Source: Gemmatimonadota bacterium (GTDB lineage: Bacteria > Gemmatimonadota > Gemmatimonadetes > Gemmatimonadales > GWC2-71-9). From it: 64,000 nt of DNA. The position numbers and the translations under genes were made by a program. Shown here one piece after another: positions 1-10,342 of this stretch. The stretch spans positions 23,506-87,505 of the forward strand of contig JAZDCY010000028.1 in the NCBI GenBank assembly GCA_036679645.1, given 5' to 3'. How positions within the stretch are numbered: position 1 is the stretch's first letter; each line of letters opens with the position of its first letter. The notes under the pieces were generated by a model. It was given only the letters and a program-made list of their open reading frames with translations. It had not been told where the DNA came from and did no database searches.

Positions 1-40
1 TGTGTGACCGAGTAACAACTCGGTCCCGATCGTAACGAGC

Positions 41-700
41 TCAAGGTCCATCCGAGGGGGCGGATCCCGGGTGCAGGAAGAGACTGCGGTAACGGTAGAG
101 ATACACGCCCAGTGAGTAGACCGTGATCAGGATGGCGCCAGCCAGGGTCACGGCCACGAAAGTTCCGTGGAACCGCTCCCAAAACTCCCCGAACCAGCCG
201 CTACGCCACTCAAACGCCGCCGCCATGTCCTTCCACGCGAACCACGCAATTGTGGCGCCGATGAAGGTGTCTTGGATGATGGTCTTCAGCTTTCCCGCTC
301 CGGCGGCGGCGATCACCACGCCGCGTCGCTTCGCCACGTGGCGGAAGACGGTCATTAACGCCTCGCGGCCGAGCAGCAGTAGGGCTACCCACAGCGGCAG
401 GCTACCCCACCACGGGATCTCGTATTGATGCATCGGGTAGCGCGTGATCCAGTAGATGGGGATGAGGGTGGCGATCAGGAGCAGTTTGTCGGCAAGCGGG
501 TCGAGGAGCTTGCCGAGATCGGTGACCTCATCGCGCTCGCGTGCAAGACGGCCATCGTAGATATCGGAGATCGCCGCAGCGAGGAAGACGACGATGGCAA
601 TCAGCTTGGGAACGTACCCGTTGATGAACGGGAGTAACGCGATCACCGGTGTCAGGGCAATCCTGGCCACCGTGAGGATATTGGGCAGCGTCCAGATCAC
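41..700 (-). CDS. pgsA: CDP-diacylglycerol--glycerol-3-phosphate 3-phosphatidyltransferase (CDP-alcohol phosphatidyltransferase)
   Basis: N-terminal 'TLPNILTVARI' and the CDP-alcohol phosphotransferase motif 'DIYDGRLAR...GKLLDPLADK'; GTG start with GAGGTGG SD. Confidence 0.9.
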   Translation of the reverse strand: MIWTLPNILTVARIALTPVIALLPFINGYVPKLIAIVVFLAAAISDIYDGRLARERDEVTDLGKLLDPLADKLLLIATLIPIYWITRYPMHQYEIPWWGSLPLWVALLLLGREALMTVFRHVAKRRGVVIAAAGAGKLKTIIQDTFIGATIAWFAWKDMAAAFEWRSGWFGEFWERFHGTFVAVTLAGAILITVYSLGVYLYRYRSLFLHPGSAPSDGP

Positions 701-709
701 TGCACCACC

Positions 710-1384
710 TCAGCTGAGCGTCTTGAGCACCATCTTCGCGACCGTCTTCAGCGTTTCGAACACGCCCTCACCGCTGACGGCGACGGACTCGAGGTACGGA
801 GCCCGCTCGACCCACGTGCCGTCAATTTGGAAGATGAGTTGTTCACCCTCGTGAGACGGATCCTCTTTGACCGACTGTTTGGCAACGTCTTCCAGCGGCC
901 AGCCCGGATTGAGGGCCGGCTGTAGGTCGGCAATCGGGGACGCGTTGGGTAGGTCTCGCTTGTTGTACTGGACGACGAACGGGATTTGGGTGAGGTCGTA
1001 CCCGTATTGCACCATATTGTCGTACAGATTCTGCATCGACTCGAGGTTCGCCTCCATCCGCTCCATCTGGCTGTCGGCGACGAAGACGATCCCGTCCACC
1101 CCCTTGAGGATGAGCTTGCGGGATGCGTTGTAGTACACCTGCCCCGGTACGGTGTACAGATGGAAACGCGTCTTGAATCCACGGATCGTTCCGAGATCTA
1201 CGGGCAGGAAATCGAAGAAGAGCGTGCGCTCGGTTTCCGTCGCGAGCGAAACCATCTTCCCGCGCGCATCGGGATTCACCTTGCTGTAGACGTGCTCGAG
1301 GTTGGTGGTCTTGCCGCCGAGACCGGGGCCGTAGTACACCAACTTGCAGTTGATCTCGCGGGACGCGTAGTTGATCATCGACAT
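710..1384 (-). CDS. mglA: MglA small Ras-like GTPase
   Basis: '[12 protein letters not shown]', 'RTLFFDF', 'TVPGQVYY', 'QYNKRDL' are MglA motifs; lies directly after mglB. Confidence 0.95.
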   Translation of the reverse strand: MSMINYASREINCKLVYYGPGLGGKTTNLEHVYSKVNPDARGKMVSLATETERTLFFDFLPVDLGTIRGFKTRFHLYTVPGQVYYNASRKLILKGVDGIVFVADSQMERMEANLESMQNLYDNMVQYGYDLTQIPFVVQYNKRDLPNASPIADLQPALNPGWPLEDVAKQSVKEDPSHEGEQLIFQIDGTWVERAPYLESVAVSGEGVFETLKTVAKMVLKTLS

Positions 1385-1395
1385 GGTCGCGTCCT

Positions 1396-1893
1396 CTACT
1401 CGCCGAACAGTTTGTCGATCTCGTCTTCAGCGCCTTCGAGCAATCCCGGCTGCTTACCGGCGTCCCCGCCGGCGGCTAGACGGGAAAACATCTCATCGAA
1501 GACCTGGCCGAGATCGGTGACGGTCTGCTTTACGCGGAGACGCACCAGACCCACCGTCGTGCGCTGATCGAAGAGCACGACGAGGATGACGCGGCGTGCC
1601 ACATCCGCGAGGTACATCGATTCCTTCTCGCCTTGGTGGAACAGCGACGCGAACTCGGACTCGCCGATCATCTTGGCGAGTTGATCGTTGGCGGAGAAGT
1701 CCGCGGCGGTGAGGGAAGCGAACGCCGCCGAGTCGAACTGCAACTGCTCGCCCGCGTTGGCCAGGAGTTGCCCCGTTCGATCAACGAGCAGGGCGCTCCG
1801 GGCGCTCGATTCCTTCAGCAGCGCGTGCAGGTGTTCAGTGATCCGGTTGTGGTCACTCTCGCCGAGCGACCACGTGCCGGCAGTTTCCGCCAT
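1396..1893 (-). CDS. mglB: MglB roadblock/LC7 GTPase-activating protein
   Basis: '[11 protein letters not shown]', '[16 protein letters not shown]', 'GLVRLRVK', C-terminal 'EIDKLFGE'; adjacent to mglA. Confidence 0.92.
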   Translation of the reverse strand: MAETAGTWSLGESDHNRITEHLHALLKESSARSALLVDRTGQLLANAGEQLQFDSAAFASLTAADFSANDQLAKMIGESEFASLFHQGEKESMYLADVARRVILVVLFDQRTTVGLVRLRVKQTVTDLGQVFDEMFSRLAAGGDAGKQPGLLEGAEDEIDKLFGE

Positions 1894-1905
1894 CGGCTCC
1901 TCGCA

Positions 1906-2175
1906 TTACCCGAGTTTTGCTTCCATACGCCGGGCGATCGTCTCGGCCCGTCGTCTGAGCATCGGCTGCCCTTCCCATGTTACATAATCTCTCAAGAGAC
2001 GGACCGTCTCAATATTGGGATGCGCGCTGAGGTACCCGAGGGCAGACAGACGTCGCAGCGGCCGATTGCTGAACAAGGCCCGACGATAACGGCTGATCGA
2101 GTGCTGGGCAAGCACCGTCCCGGCAACGGCGCCTAGCCCAAAGGCCGTGAGCAGCGTGGTCAGTCGCGGATGCAC
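1906..2175 (-). CDS. Small hypothetical protein with N-terminal membrane anchor
   Basis: Fills the recR-mglB gap in operon orientation; hydrophobic N-terminus. Confidence 0.7.
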   Translation of the reverse strand: MHPRLTTLLTAFGLGAVAGTVLAQHSISRYRRALFSNRPLRRLSALGYLSAHPNIETVRLLRDYVTWEGQPMLRRRAETIARRMEAKLG

Positions 2176-2178
2176 CTC

Positions 2179-2775
2179 TTAGTTATCCATTTCTCGGCGC
2201 GCCGCGAGTGACCGCGCGATCGTGACCTCGTCGGCATACTCCAAATCACCGCCAACCGGAAGCCCAAGCGCAATCCGCGTGACCCGCGCGCTGCTCGACG
2301 CCAGAAGGTCACGCACGTAGGTCGCCGTCACCTCACCCTCCATGGAAGGGTTCGTGGCCACGATGACCTCCGACACGGCGCTTCCGTTCTGCACGCGGGT
2401 CCCCAGAGCTTCCATGCGCAGATCCTTGGGGCCAACGCCGTCGAGCGGGGAGAGAAACCCACCCAACACATGATACAACCCCCGGTACTCGCCGGTTCGC
2501 TCGATGGCGTGAATATCGGACGGTTCCTCCACCACACAGAGCGTGCTGGCGTCCCGGCGGGGATCCGAACAGATCCCGCACGGGTCCGATTCGCCCAGGT
2601 CGCCACACGTCGAGCATGGCCGGACACGCGCCCGGAGATCCCCGATCACGCGTGCGAGGCGCGTGACATCGGTCGGTGGCTGCTTCAGCAGGAAATAGGT
2701 GAGACGGGTTGCGGTCTTCCTGCCTATGCCCGGAAGCCTGGCGAGCTCGGTAGTCAGCTCGTCGATTGCCGACAC
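2179..2775 (-). CDS. recR: Recombination protein RecR
   Basis: HhH 'LPGIGRKTA', C4 zinc finger, Toprim 'YHVLGG.LSPLDG', 'GGDLEYADEVT'. Confidence 0.97.
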   Translation of the reverse strand: MSAIDELTTELARLPGIGRKTATRLTYFLLKQPPTDVTRLARVIGDLRARVRPCSTCGDLGESDPCGICSDPRRDASTLCVVEEPSDIHAIERTGEYRGLYHVLGGFLSPLDGVGPKDLRMEALGTRVQNGSAVSEVIVATNPSMEGEVTATYVRDLLASSSARVTRIALGLPVGGDLEYADEVTIARSLAARREMDN

Positions 2776-2780
2776 GGGGA

Positions 2781-3107
2781 TTACAACGGGAACTGGAACG
2801 GAAGCGGCATGCCCCCGGTCGCCTTGCGGAGCTCCTCGCGATACATGTCCTCCGCCCGGCGCTGGGCATCGGCGACGGCGGCGACCACGAGATCCTCGAG
2901 CATCTCCACGTCCGAGTCCGCAACGGCTGCGGGATCGATCTGGAGCGACCGAATCCGCCCGCGTCCGTCGGCGGTGACGGTCACCATTCCGCCACCGGCA
3001 CTCCCGGTCACGATACGTTCGGCGAGTTCTGTCTGCATCTGGCTGAGTCGACCCTGCATCTGCTGGCCGAGCTGCAGCAACTGCGAAAAATCAGGCATGC
3101 TTGCCAT
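2781..3107 (-). CDS. ybaB: YbaB/EbfC nucleoid-associated protein
   Basis: 'GSAGGGMVTVT..G', 'EMLEDLVVAA'; classic dnaX-ybaB-recR order. Confidence 0.95.
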   Translation of the reverse strand: MASMPDFSQLLQLGQQMQGRLSQMQTELAERIVTGSAGGGMVTVTADGRGRIRSLQIDPAAVADSDVEMLEDLVVAAVADAQRRAEDMYREELRKATGGMPLPFQFPL

Positions 3108-3163
3108 GGGTGTCCTGCAGGAGGTGTAAATGCAAGCTACCGAGGTCCGTGGGGTGTCGCAAG

Positions 3164-4864
3164 CTACTCGAGAAGCTCGAGGTCGAGCGACTCGGCAACC
3201 GCGTCAAGTGCTTGATCCTTCTTGCGATACACCTCTAGGCGCTGGCGCCGATCGGTGTGCTGATCGAGCCGCTGGACCGGGCTTCCTTCCCCCTCCCCGG
3301 CGGCACTCGCCGGCTGCAGTCTGATTGAAATCGAGACCCCGAGCACGTCCGTGATGGCGGCCTCGATCATGGCCCGGTTCGTCTGGAGGCCCTCGAGGTG
3401 CACCTCGCTATCCGACACGGTCAGCGTGACCTCCACCCCGTCCACGCCCGCCGGTTCCGCGTGCACCAGCGCTTCGCGCAACATCCGCTTCTTGTGCCCA
3501 ACCGCTTCCGTCACCGCGTCCCAATGTGCTACGAGGGCTTCGAGCGTCAGAATACCAGTCGCTTGCGCTGCAGGGGACGGGGGTCGGGGCGAGTGGGCGC
3601 TGGGCGCCGCGGTTACGCGGACACGATCCTCCACCACCCCCACCCCTTCCGTCGCCCGGCCGCCCCGCACGCCCTTCCGCTTTCCACCCACCGGAGACCG
3701 AGAGGTGACCGGGGTCGATCCGAGCGCCGAGAGCACCTCCTCGAGTTCGACCGTCCGGTCGAGCAGGGTCCACTGCAGCAACAAGGTCTCGACATGCAGA
3801 CGTTGGTTGGGCGATCGGCGGATGGCAGTTTCCGCCTCCTGGAGGAGCCGCAGCATCCGGAGCACGTCACCCACCCTGAACCGATCGGCAAACCGATCGA
3901 TCGTGTTGCGCAGGCTCTCGGTCAGCCCCTCCGGCTCTCCCCCGAGCAGGCGCAAGGCAAGCGCACGTAGCGTCTCCCCCAGCCCACCAATGAACTCCGC
4001 GAGATCCGCCCCCCCCTCCGCGAGCCGCGCCACGAACGGGAAGACGGCCGCCGGCTCCCGATCCGCGGTGAACGCCAGCATTTCACCGTACAGCTCGTCG
4101 TCGATGAGCCCCAGGGCCGTGCGCACTCGCTCCGCCGTGACCGCCCCCTCACCAAACGCCAGGACCTGATCGAGAACCGACAGTGCGTCTCGCAGGCCAC
4201 CCGCTGCCGCGCGAGCGATTAACAGCAGGGCATCGTCCTCTACCTCGACCTGCTCCTGCCCCGCCACGTACCGCAGCCGTTTGATGATCGTCTGTGGGCC
4301 GATACGCCGGAAATCGAACCGCTGGACACGGCTCATGACGGGTGCTGCCGTGTTGGCGATCTTGTGGGGTTCGGTGGTCGCAAAGACAAAGACCACGCGC
4401 GGCGGGGGTTCCTCCAGGATCTTGAGAAGCGCGTTCCACGCCTCTCGCGTGAGCATGTGCGCTTCGTCGATGATGTAGACCTTGTACCGATCCGGTGCCG
4501 AGGGAGCGTACATCGCCCGCTCACGCAGGTCCCGGGCGTCGTCCACCCCACGATTGCTCGCCGCGTCGATTTCGACGACGTCGAGGTTCGCAGCACCCAA
4601 CCAGATGCGGTGGCACGAGTCGCAGGTCCCGCACGGCTCCCCGTCGGCAGAGCCATCTGCCCCACCGCGCTCGCAGTTGAGCGCCATTGCCAGAATCCGG
4701 GCGGCGCTGGTCTTCCCCACCCCTCGCGGCCCCGTCAGCAGGTAGGCGTGTGCCACGCGCTGTTTGGCGACCGCGCCCATGAGCCCGGCCGCCACATGTT
4801 CTTGGGCGGCTAGGTCGCCGAACCGGGTCGGGCGATACTTACGGGCGAGCGCGGTATGCGTCAT
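3164..4864 (-). CDS. dnaX: DNA polymerase III subunit gamma/tau
   Basis: 'ALARKYRP', Walker A 'GPRGVGKT', 'EIDAASN', 'IIDEAHML'; start moved to ATG 4864 because the longer ORF runs into the SRP RNA. Confidence 0.97.
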   Translation of the reverse strand: MTHTALARKYRPTRFGDLAAQEHVAAGLMGAVAKQRVAHAYLLTGPRGVGKTSAARILAMALNCERGGADGSADGEPCGTCDSCHRIWLGAANLDVVEIDAASNRGVDDARDLRERAMYAPSAPDRYKVYIIDEAHMLTREAWNALLKILEEPPPRVVFVFATTEPHKIANTAAPVMSRVQRFDFRRIGPQTIIKRLRYVAGQEQVEVEDDALLLIARAAAGGLRDALSVLDQVLAFGEGAVTAERVRTALGLIDDELYGEMLAFTADREPAAVFPFVARLAEGGADLAEFIGGLGETLRALALRLLGGEPEGLTESLRNTIDRFADRFRVGDVLRMLRLLQEAETAIRRSPNQRLHVETLLLQWTLLDRTVELEEVLSALGSTPVTSRSPVGGKRKGVRGGRATEGVGVVEDRVRVTAAPSAHSPRPPSPAAQATGILTLEALVAHWDAVTEAVGHKKRMLREALVHAEPAGVDGVEVTLTVSDSEVHLEGLQTNRAMIEAAITDVLGVSISIRLQPASAAGEGEGSPVQRLDQHTDRRQRLEVYRKKDQALDAVAESLDLELLE

Positions 4865-4875
4865 TGAGTGGAAGC

Positions 4876-4971
4876 GCCCCAGGCTACCCGAAGCGACACA
4901 CGACATCGCTTAGCGCTGCTACCTTCACGGTCCTGACGCGGTTCGCGCACACGCGCCCTCCGGACCTGGGG
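4876..4971 (-). ncRNA. ffs: Signal recognition particle RNA (4.5S, small bacterial type)
   Basis: Minus strand reads GCCCCAGG...GAACCGCGTCAGGACCGTGAAGGTAGCAGCGCTAAGCG...CCTGGGGC: helix-8 TCAGG/AGCAGC motif, complementary ends, usual position upstream of dnaX, TAGCTT -10 just upstream. Ends approximate. Confidence 0.9.
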
Positions 4972-5016
4972 CTCCGTAAGCTAGCAGACCCTGCCGTTCC
5001 GCTCCACCCCATCTCG

Positions 5017-5038
5017 ATGGGCGCCGACGAGCGCCCAT
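5017..5038 (-). terminator. 8-bp GC-rich hairpin downstream of yihY-like gene
   Basis: ATGGGCGC-cgacga-GCGCCCAT perfect inverted repeat; no clear U-tract. Confidence 0.4.
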
Positions 5039-5061
5039 AGGCGCGATCGAGTAGCGCATGG

Positions 5062-5925
5062 TCACGAGAGCATCGCGCGTTGTTCTCGTTGTCGCCGGGC
5101 CAAATCGTAGGTTTCTGCCACCTCGCCGCCGGCAAGGAATACGAAAGCCGTGGCGTAGACCCACAGCACGAAAAGCATTAGCGCAATGGCGTTCGAATTC
5201 GAGATGACGCGATCGAGCGTAACGAACCGGGCCAGGTACACGGCGTAGAGGCGCTTCGCGACCTCAAACGCGAGCGAGGCCGCGACGGACGCGACGAGTG
5301 CCGTATCCCACCTTACGCGGCGGCTCGGTGCCGTGATGTACACCACGTAGAACAAGGCCACCGAGAACACGAATGTCGAGAGCGTCGCCACGAATCGACC
5401 GAGCCAGGGGGACTGCAGCACCAGCACGCTCACCACGGCGTTGGCCGTGATCAGCACGGCGCAGACGAGTGCCAGCGCGAGGTCGTAGAGTTTTCCGACG
5501 TAGAACGGCCGAGTCTCTTCCGTATCAAACACATCATTCAGCGCGGCGCGCACCGACCCGAACAGACGCATCGACAACCACAAGAAGAACGGGGCTCCGA
5601 GGAGTGACAGTTGCGCTCGGCTGTCCACGACCCTGGCGATTGAATCTTCCATCTGGGTGAGTGGATCGCCAACGCCACGAGCCGGCAGGAACCGGTCGAG
5701 GAATGTCCGCACGTCGGCGATCGTCTCGCCGCCCCCACCGATCATGTACCCCAGCACGGAGAGGGTGACCAGGAGGAACGGCAGCAACCACATGAGCGCA
5801 TCGAACGTGAGCGCGCTCGCGAGGAAAGGAATGTTGTCTTCGTAGGCGCCCCTGAAGACGCGCTTGACGAAACCGATGGGCGAGAACGCCCAGCCGCGCG
5901 GTGGCGCCTCGCGCGCGGGGGCCAC
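5062..5925 (-). CDS. YihY/virulence factor BrkB family membrane protein
   Basis: 'ASALTF..L..LLPFL', 'ALNDVF', 'LFVLWVY...FVFLAGGE' pattern with about 6 TM segments. Confidence 0.9.
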   Translation of the reverse strand: MAPAREAPPRGWAFSPIGFVKRVFRGAYEDNIPFLASALTFDALMWLLPFLLVTLSVLGYMIGGGGETIADVRTFLDRFLPARGVGDPLTQMEDSIARVVDSRAQLSLLGAPFFLWLSMRLFGSVRAALNDVFDTEETRPFYVGKLYDLALALVCAVLITANAVVSVLVLQSPWLGRFVATLSTFVFSVALFYVVYITAPSRRVRWDTALVASVAASLAFEVAKRLYAVYLARFVTLDRVISNSNAIALMLFVLWVYATAFVFLAGGEVAETYDLARRQREQRAMLS

Positions 5926-5930
5926 CCCGG

Positions 5931-6347
5931 CTACTCGGCCTTGGCTTCTTCGGGAACCTCCGCCCGCTGGCTGCGGGCGTCCTCGAGCCGCCGCTCCAGC
6001 TCCTCACGCGCCGAGCGGACGGCGGCCTTGCCGGCGTGCACGGCGTCTCGCGCCGATTCGCGCCGCTCGTTCAGGTTCTTACGCGCCTTCTCGAACCCGG
6101 CCTCGATATTGGCCTTGGTGCGGTCGTAGCCAGTCCCGACCACATCCTGGAGATCCTCGAGCCGATCCTCTGCCTCGTCGCGCAGGTGCTTGGCGCGTCC
6201 GCGCAGGTACTCCCGCGTGTCCTCGCCACTCTGGGGCGCGAGCAAGAGCGCCAACCCGGCACCAAACGCGAGCCCCACGAGAAATACACCGACCCCCCCA
6301 GACCGCTCGATTACGACCACCGGCTGATCGTCACGGCGTTGTGCCAT
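5931..6347 (-). CDS. YtxH domain protein
   Basis: 'GLAFGAGLALLLAPQSGEDTR' signature; ATG 6347 with GAGGAG SD. Confidence 0.9.
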   Translation of the reverse strand: MAQRRDDQPVVVIERSGGVGVFLVGLAFGAGLALLLAPQSGEDTREYLRGRAKHLRDEAEDRLEDLQDVVGTGYDRTKANIEAGFEKARKNLNERRESARDAVHAGKAAVRSAREELERRLEDARSQRAEVPEEAKAE

Positions 6348-6421
6348 TTTGCTCCTCCTCGTCTCGCCAGTGCGGCATTTCTGAACATCTGTGTGAAAGG
6401 TACTGAGCTTCAGAATACCCG

Positions 6422-7195
6422 TCAAAACTCCACGGACAGACCATCATACGCCGGCTCGATCCCCTCAGGGAGCCGCTGGGCCAGCGCCTCATGAGCTGTT
6501 CGGTGCGTGAGATGCGTCAGGAGCGTGCGCCCTGCACCCACGGCGCGCGCCACCGCGATCGCTTCTGGTATGGAGAGATGGGTCGGATGGGGCTTCTCGA
6601 AGAGCGCGTTGAGCACGAGCACCCGCACGCCACGCAGGCGCCCCAACGCCTCGCCGGTCACGGCCTTGACGTCGGTCACATAGGCAGCCGCACCGAACCG
6701 GTACCCGAACACGGTGACCGACCCATGTTCGAACGCCAGCGGCAGCACCGGGATTCCGACAATGGAGACCTCTGTACCGGCCTCGAGCGGGACGCGCTCG
6801 AGCTCGGGAGCCGAGGTGCCCGGAGTTGGCTGGATCGCGTCATCGAAGATGTAAGGAAACCGCATCGCCAATCGGTCGAGCGTGTCGGCCGGTCCGTAGA
6901 TCGGTAGTCGACCAGTGCGCACCGAGAGTGCACGGAGGTCGTCGATACCATGCACGTGATCGGCGTGATCGTGCGTGTAGAGCACCGCGTCAAGGGTCTC
7001 GACCCCCGCGCCCGTCAATTGCAGCCGCAGCTCCGGAGGCGTATCGATGAGGATCCGTTGTCCGTCATCGCCCTCGACCACGGCCGCGACACGGGTGCGG
7101 CGGTCCCGCGGGTCGGGTGACGTGCACACGTCACACGCACACCCAATCACCGGAACGCCAAACGACGTCCCGGACCCGAGCACGGTCAATCGCAC
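6422..7195 (-). CDS. MBL-fold metallo-hydrolase (PhnP/YycJ-like)
   Basis: 'LGSGTSFGVP.IGC.C.VC', 'THDHADH.HGIDD', 'THL.H'. Confidence 0.9.
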   Translation of the reverse strand: MRLTVLGSGTSFGVPVIGCACDVCTSPDPRDRRTRVAAVVEGDDGQRILIDTPPELRLQLTGAGVETLDAVLYTHDHADHVHGIDDLRALSVRTGRLPIYGPADTLDRLAMRFPYIFDDAIQPTPGTSAPELERVPLEAGTEVSIVGIPVLPLAFEHGSVTVFGYRFGAAAYVTDVKAVTGEALGRLRGVRVLVLNALFEKPHPTHLSIPEAIAVARAVGAGRTLLTHLTHRTAHEALAQRLPEGIEPAYDGLSVEF

Positions 7196-7196
7196 G

Positions 7197-8630
7197 TCAC
7201 ACCACTTCGACCTTGAGAAGATTCGTGGTGCCCGGAACCTCGAACGGCACGCCTGCCGTCACCACGATGAGATCCCCCCGCTCGGCGTACGATTTCCCAA
7301 GGAGCACCGTGCGGGCTGTCTCGAGACGTGAATCGTAGTTGGGCACGCTGGAGACGAGTTCCGGAACGACACCCCAGACGAGCTGGAGCTGACGGCAGGT
7401 CGTCGATTCGGTGGAGAACGCAACGATCGGGACGCGCGGCCGGTGCACGGCCATCTTCCGCGCAGTGAAGCCGCTCTTCGTGAAGCACACGATGGCCCGG
7501 ACGTCGAGCATCTCGGCCGCCGCGGTCGTCGCGACCGCGATCGCATCCTCGACACGGCTCTCGTCCACACCAACGGTATCGGACCGTCTGCGGAAGGGTT
7601 GCCCTATGGGCGTGTCGATCGTCGACCGCTCGATCTCGTCGATGATCCGCGCCATCGCTCGCACCGCCCCGACCGGATACGAACCGACCGCCGTTTCCGC
7701 CGAGAGCATGACGGCGTCGGTGCCGTCGAGAATCGCGTTGGCGACGTCGGACGCCTCGGCCCGCGTCGGCCGGGGGTTGTCGATCATCGACTCCAACATC
7801 TGCGTCGCCGTGATCACCGCCCGCCCCTTGCGGATCGCCAGCCGGATCAGGCGCTTCTGTACGAGTGGGACTTCCTCATACGGCAACTCGACGCCCAGAT
7901 CGCCACGCGCGACCATCACGGCATCGGCCGCTGCTACAATCTCCTCGAGCCGTTCCAGCGCCGCCGCCCGTTCGATTTTCGCAACCAGCTGTACCCCGTG
8001 GGGTACGAGCGCGCGGACCTCCTCGATATCGTCCGGTCGACTGACAAAGGAGATTCCGATGTAGTCGGCACCGTGCTCGACGGCCAGCGCGATATCCTCG
8101 TGGTCCTTCTCCGTGACCGCCGGCGCGCTCACGCGCACGCCCGGGAGATTGATACCCTTCTGCCCCCGCAGCTCACCACCAGCCACGACGACGCCCAACA
8201 CGCGGTCGCCCTCGACGTGCTGCACCTCAACCGCCAGCAGTCCGTCATCCAGGAGTATCCGGGATCCGGGCTCGACGTCACGCGCCAGGGCCGCATAGGT
8301 CGTCGGGATCTCGTCGCCTGTGGCACTCGTCTCCGGCGCAAAGACGACGGCTTGATCGACCTCGAGCAGGCGCGGTTGGGGCAGCACCCCAACCCGAATG
8401 CGGGGACCCTGCAAGTCGACGAGGATAGCAACGTGACGGTCTCTCGCCTGCGCCGTCTTGCGGATCAGGCGCACGAGCCGTACCCGCTCTTCCGCACTCC
8501 CGTGGGAGCTGTTGACCCGTACGACGTTCACCCCAGCATCGAGCAACGTGCCCAGCACTTCCGGATTGCCCGTTGCTGGCCCAATCGTCGCCACGATCTT
8601 GGTCCGGCGGAACCGCGGATCGTAACTCAT
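7197..8630 (-). CDS. pyk: Pyruvate kinase
   Basis: 'RRTKIVATIGPA', 'DLQGPRIR', 'MVARGDLGVE', 'ATQMLESM', 'DAVMLSAETA'. Confidence 0.97.
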   Translation of the reverse strand: MSYDPRFRRTKIVATIGPATGNPEVLGTLLDAGVNVVRVNSSHGSAEERVRLVRLIRKTAQARDRHVAILVDLQGPRIRVGVLPQPRLLEVDQAVVFAPETSATGDEIPTTYAALARDVEPGSRILLDDGLLAVEVQHVEGDRVLGVVVAGGELRGQKGINLPGVRVSAPAVTEKDHEDIALAVEHGADYIGISFVSRPDDIEEVRALVPHGVQLVAKIERAAALERLEEIVAAADAVMVARGDLGVELPYEEVPLVQKRLIRLAIRKGRAVITATQMLESMIDNPRPTRAEASDVANAILDGTDAVMLSAETAVGSYPVGAVRAMARIIDEIERSTIDTPIGQPFRRRSDTVGVDESRVEDAIAVATTAAAEMLDVRAIVCFTKSGFTARKMAVHRPRVPIVAFSTESTTCRQLQLVWGVVPELVSSVPNYDSRLETARTVLLGKSYAERGDLIVVTAGVPFEVPGTTNLLKVEVV

Positions 8631-8633
8631 CGA

Positions 8634-9863
8634 TCAGGACGCTGAGACGGCCGATCCGTACCGGCGCCCGACGTAGTCCTCCAGCAGCTCAACGAATTCC
8701 TGAACGATCGTGTCCCCCTTGAGCGTACGGTCCAGCGCGCCGTCGATGTAGACGGGCGCTTTGGGCTCCTCGGAGGTCCCCGGCAGCGAGATCCCGACGT
8801 CCGCGTGCTTCGACTCGCCGGGACCGTTCACGATGCATCCCATCACCGCGACATTCAGCTGCTCCACTCCGGGATACTGGGCGCGCCAGATCGGCATCTG
8901 GCGATCCAGATACTGCTGGATCTCCTCCGCCATTTCCTGAAAGAACGTGGACGTCGTGCGGCCACAGCCAGGGCATGCTGTGACCTGGGGGTTGAAGCTG
9001 CGCATACCCAGCGATTGGAGAACCTGTTGCGCGACGCGCACCTCTTCGGTCCGGTCGCCGCCGGGTCGGGGGGTAAGCGAGACGCGGATCGTATCGCCCA
9101 GTCCTTCCACCAACAGAATCGCGAGCCCTGCCGTGCTGGCAATGACTCCTTTCGTACCCATACCGGCTTCGGTCAGACCGAGGTGCAGCGGGTAATCGGA
9201 GCGTGGGGCGAGCAGGCGGTAGACGTCCACCAGGTCCTGCACACGCGACATCTTCGCCGAGAGCACAATACGATCGTGTCCAAGCCCGGTCTCCTCGGCT
9301 AGGTCCGCGGACCGCATGGCGCTTTCGACCATCGCGTGCAGCGTGACGTCCCGTGCATCCATGGGCGCGCCGCGTTCCGCATTTGCGTCCATCATCTCCG
9401 TCAACAGCGCCCGATCGAGCGATCCCCAATTTACCCCGATACGCACGGGCTTGTCGTGCTCGACCGCGACCTGCACGATCGTGCGGAAATGCTCATCCCG
9501 TCGCTTTTGTCCCACGTTTCCCGGATTGATGCGGTATTTCGCGAGCGCAGCCGCACACGCGGGATGCTTGGTGAGCAGTAGGTGTCCGTTGTAGTGAAAG
9601 TCGCCAATGATGGGGACGGCGCTCCCGCTAGCGGCGAGTTGGCCGACGATCTTCGGCACCGCGGTGGCGGCCGCATCGTTGTTCACCGTGACCCGTACCA
9701 ACTCGCTCCCGGTCTCTGCAAGCGCCCGAACTTGGTCGACCGTCTGCGCGATGTCCGCGGTATCGGTATTCGTCATCGACTGCACGACCACGGGATGGCA
9801 GGATCCGACCGGTATATCCCCAATCCACGTGGTCGTGGTGGGGCGCCTCGCTATTCGGGACAT
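8634..9863 (-). CDS. ispG: (E)-4-hydroxy-3-methylbut-2-enyl-diphosphate synthase
   Basis: 'VQSMTNTDT', 'RINPGN', 'HLGLTEAG', 'ACPGCGRT', '[10 protein letters not shown]'. Confidence 0.97.
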   Translation of the reverse strand: MSRIARRPTTTTWIGDIPVGSCHPVVVQSMTNTDTADIAQTVDQVRALAETGSELVRVTVNNDAAATAVPKIVGQLAASGSAVPIIGDFHYNGHLLLTKHPACAAALAKYRINPGNVGQKRRDEHFRTIVQVAVEHDKPVRIGVNWGSLDRALLTEMMDANAERGAPMDARDVTLHAMVESAMRSADLAEETGLGHDRIVLSAKMSRVQDLVDVYRLLAPRSDYPLHLGLTEAGMGTKGVIASTAGLAILLVEGLGDTIRVSLTPRPGGDRTEEVRVAQQVLQSLGMRSFNPQVTACPGCGRTTSTFFQEMAEEIQQYLDRQMPIWRAQYPGVEQLNVAVMGCIVNGPGESKHADVGISLPGTSEEPKAPVYIDGALDRTLKGDTIVQEFVELLEDYVGRRYGSAVSAS

Positions 9864-9966
9864 GGGGAGAATATATGGGGGATTCGGCAGCACGGCGGGT
9901 GCGAGACGCCGGTCGCCGGTCGAGTCGTGTCGGGCCGTCTATATCCTCGGTCCGTTCATCTCTCCG

Positions 9967-10329
9967 CTAGCACGGATGAGCCCAGTCGATGCCGTATTCG
10001 TTCCGGCAGCCAGGACACGGCACGCGCTCCGCATCGGGCGGGAGGTTTGCCCGCGTCCGGCAATTCGGGCAGACCCCGTACGTGGGTTCCAGACTGACCT
10101 GGCTAGCACGCTGCGCCTTGGGTTCGGCCGGATCGCGCACCACGATGCTCCATAGATAGGGCTGCACGTCGGCGAACTCGAGCAGCGTCCGATCTACCGC
10201 AACGTTGCGCTTGTTCACGTCGAGGAAGACGATCGTCGGTTTCTTGTCGTTGACGACTGCATACCACGCGCCGCGGCGTAAGCCGTGCGCCCCGGCTCTC
10301 CGCACACGAGCCCAAGCCTTCGGGGCCAT
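9967..10329 (-). CDS. Hypothetical protein with C-terminal CxxC...CxxC zinc ribbon
   Basis: ATG 10329 with GGAGG SD; 'CPNC' and 'CPGC'. Confidence 0.7.
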   Translation of the reverse strand: MAPKAWARVRRAGAHGLRRGAWYAVVNDKKPTIVFLDVNKRNVAVDRTLLEFADVQPYLWSIVVRDPAEPKAQRASQVSLEPTYGVCPNCRTRANLPPDAERVPCPGCRNEYGIDWAHPC

Positions 10330-10342
10330 GAACCTCCTCCGA

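Noticed and set aside
3164..4864. Programmed frameshift in dnaX
   Set aside because: No A AAA AAG or long A-run slippery site seen.
4981..5061. tRNA upstream of the SRP RNA
   Set aside because: No cloverleaf or T-loop motif; only a simple hairpin.
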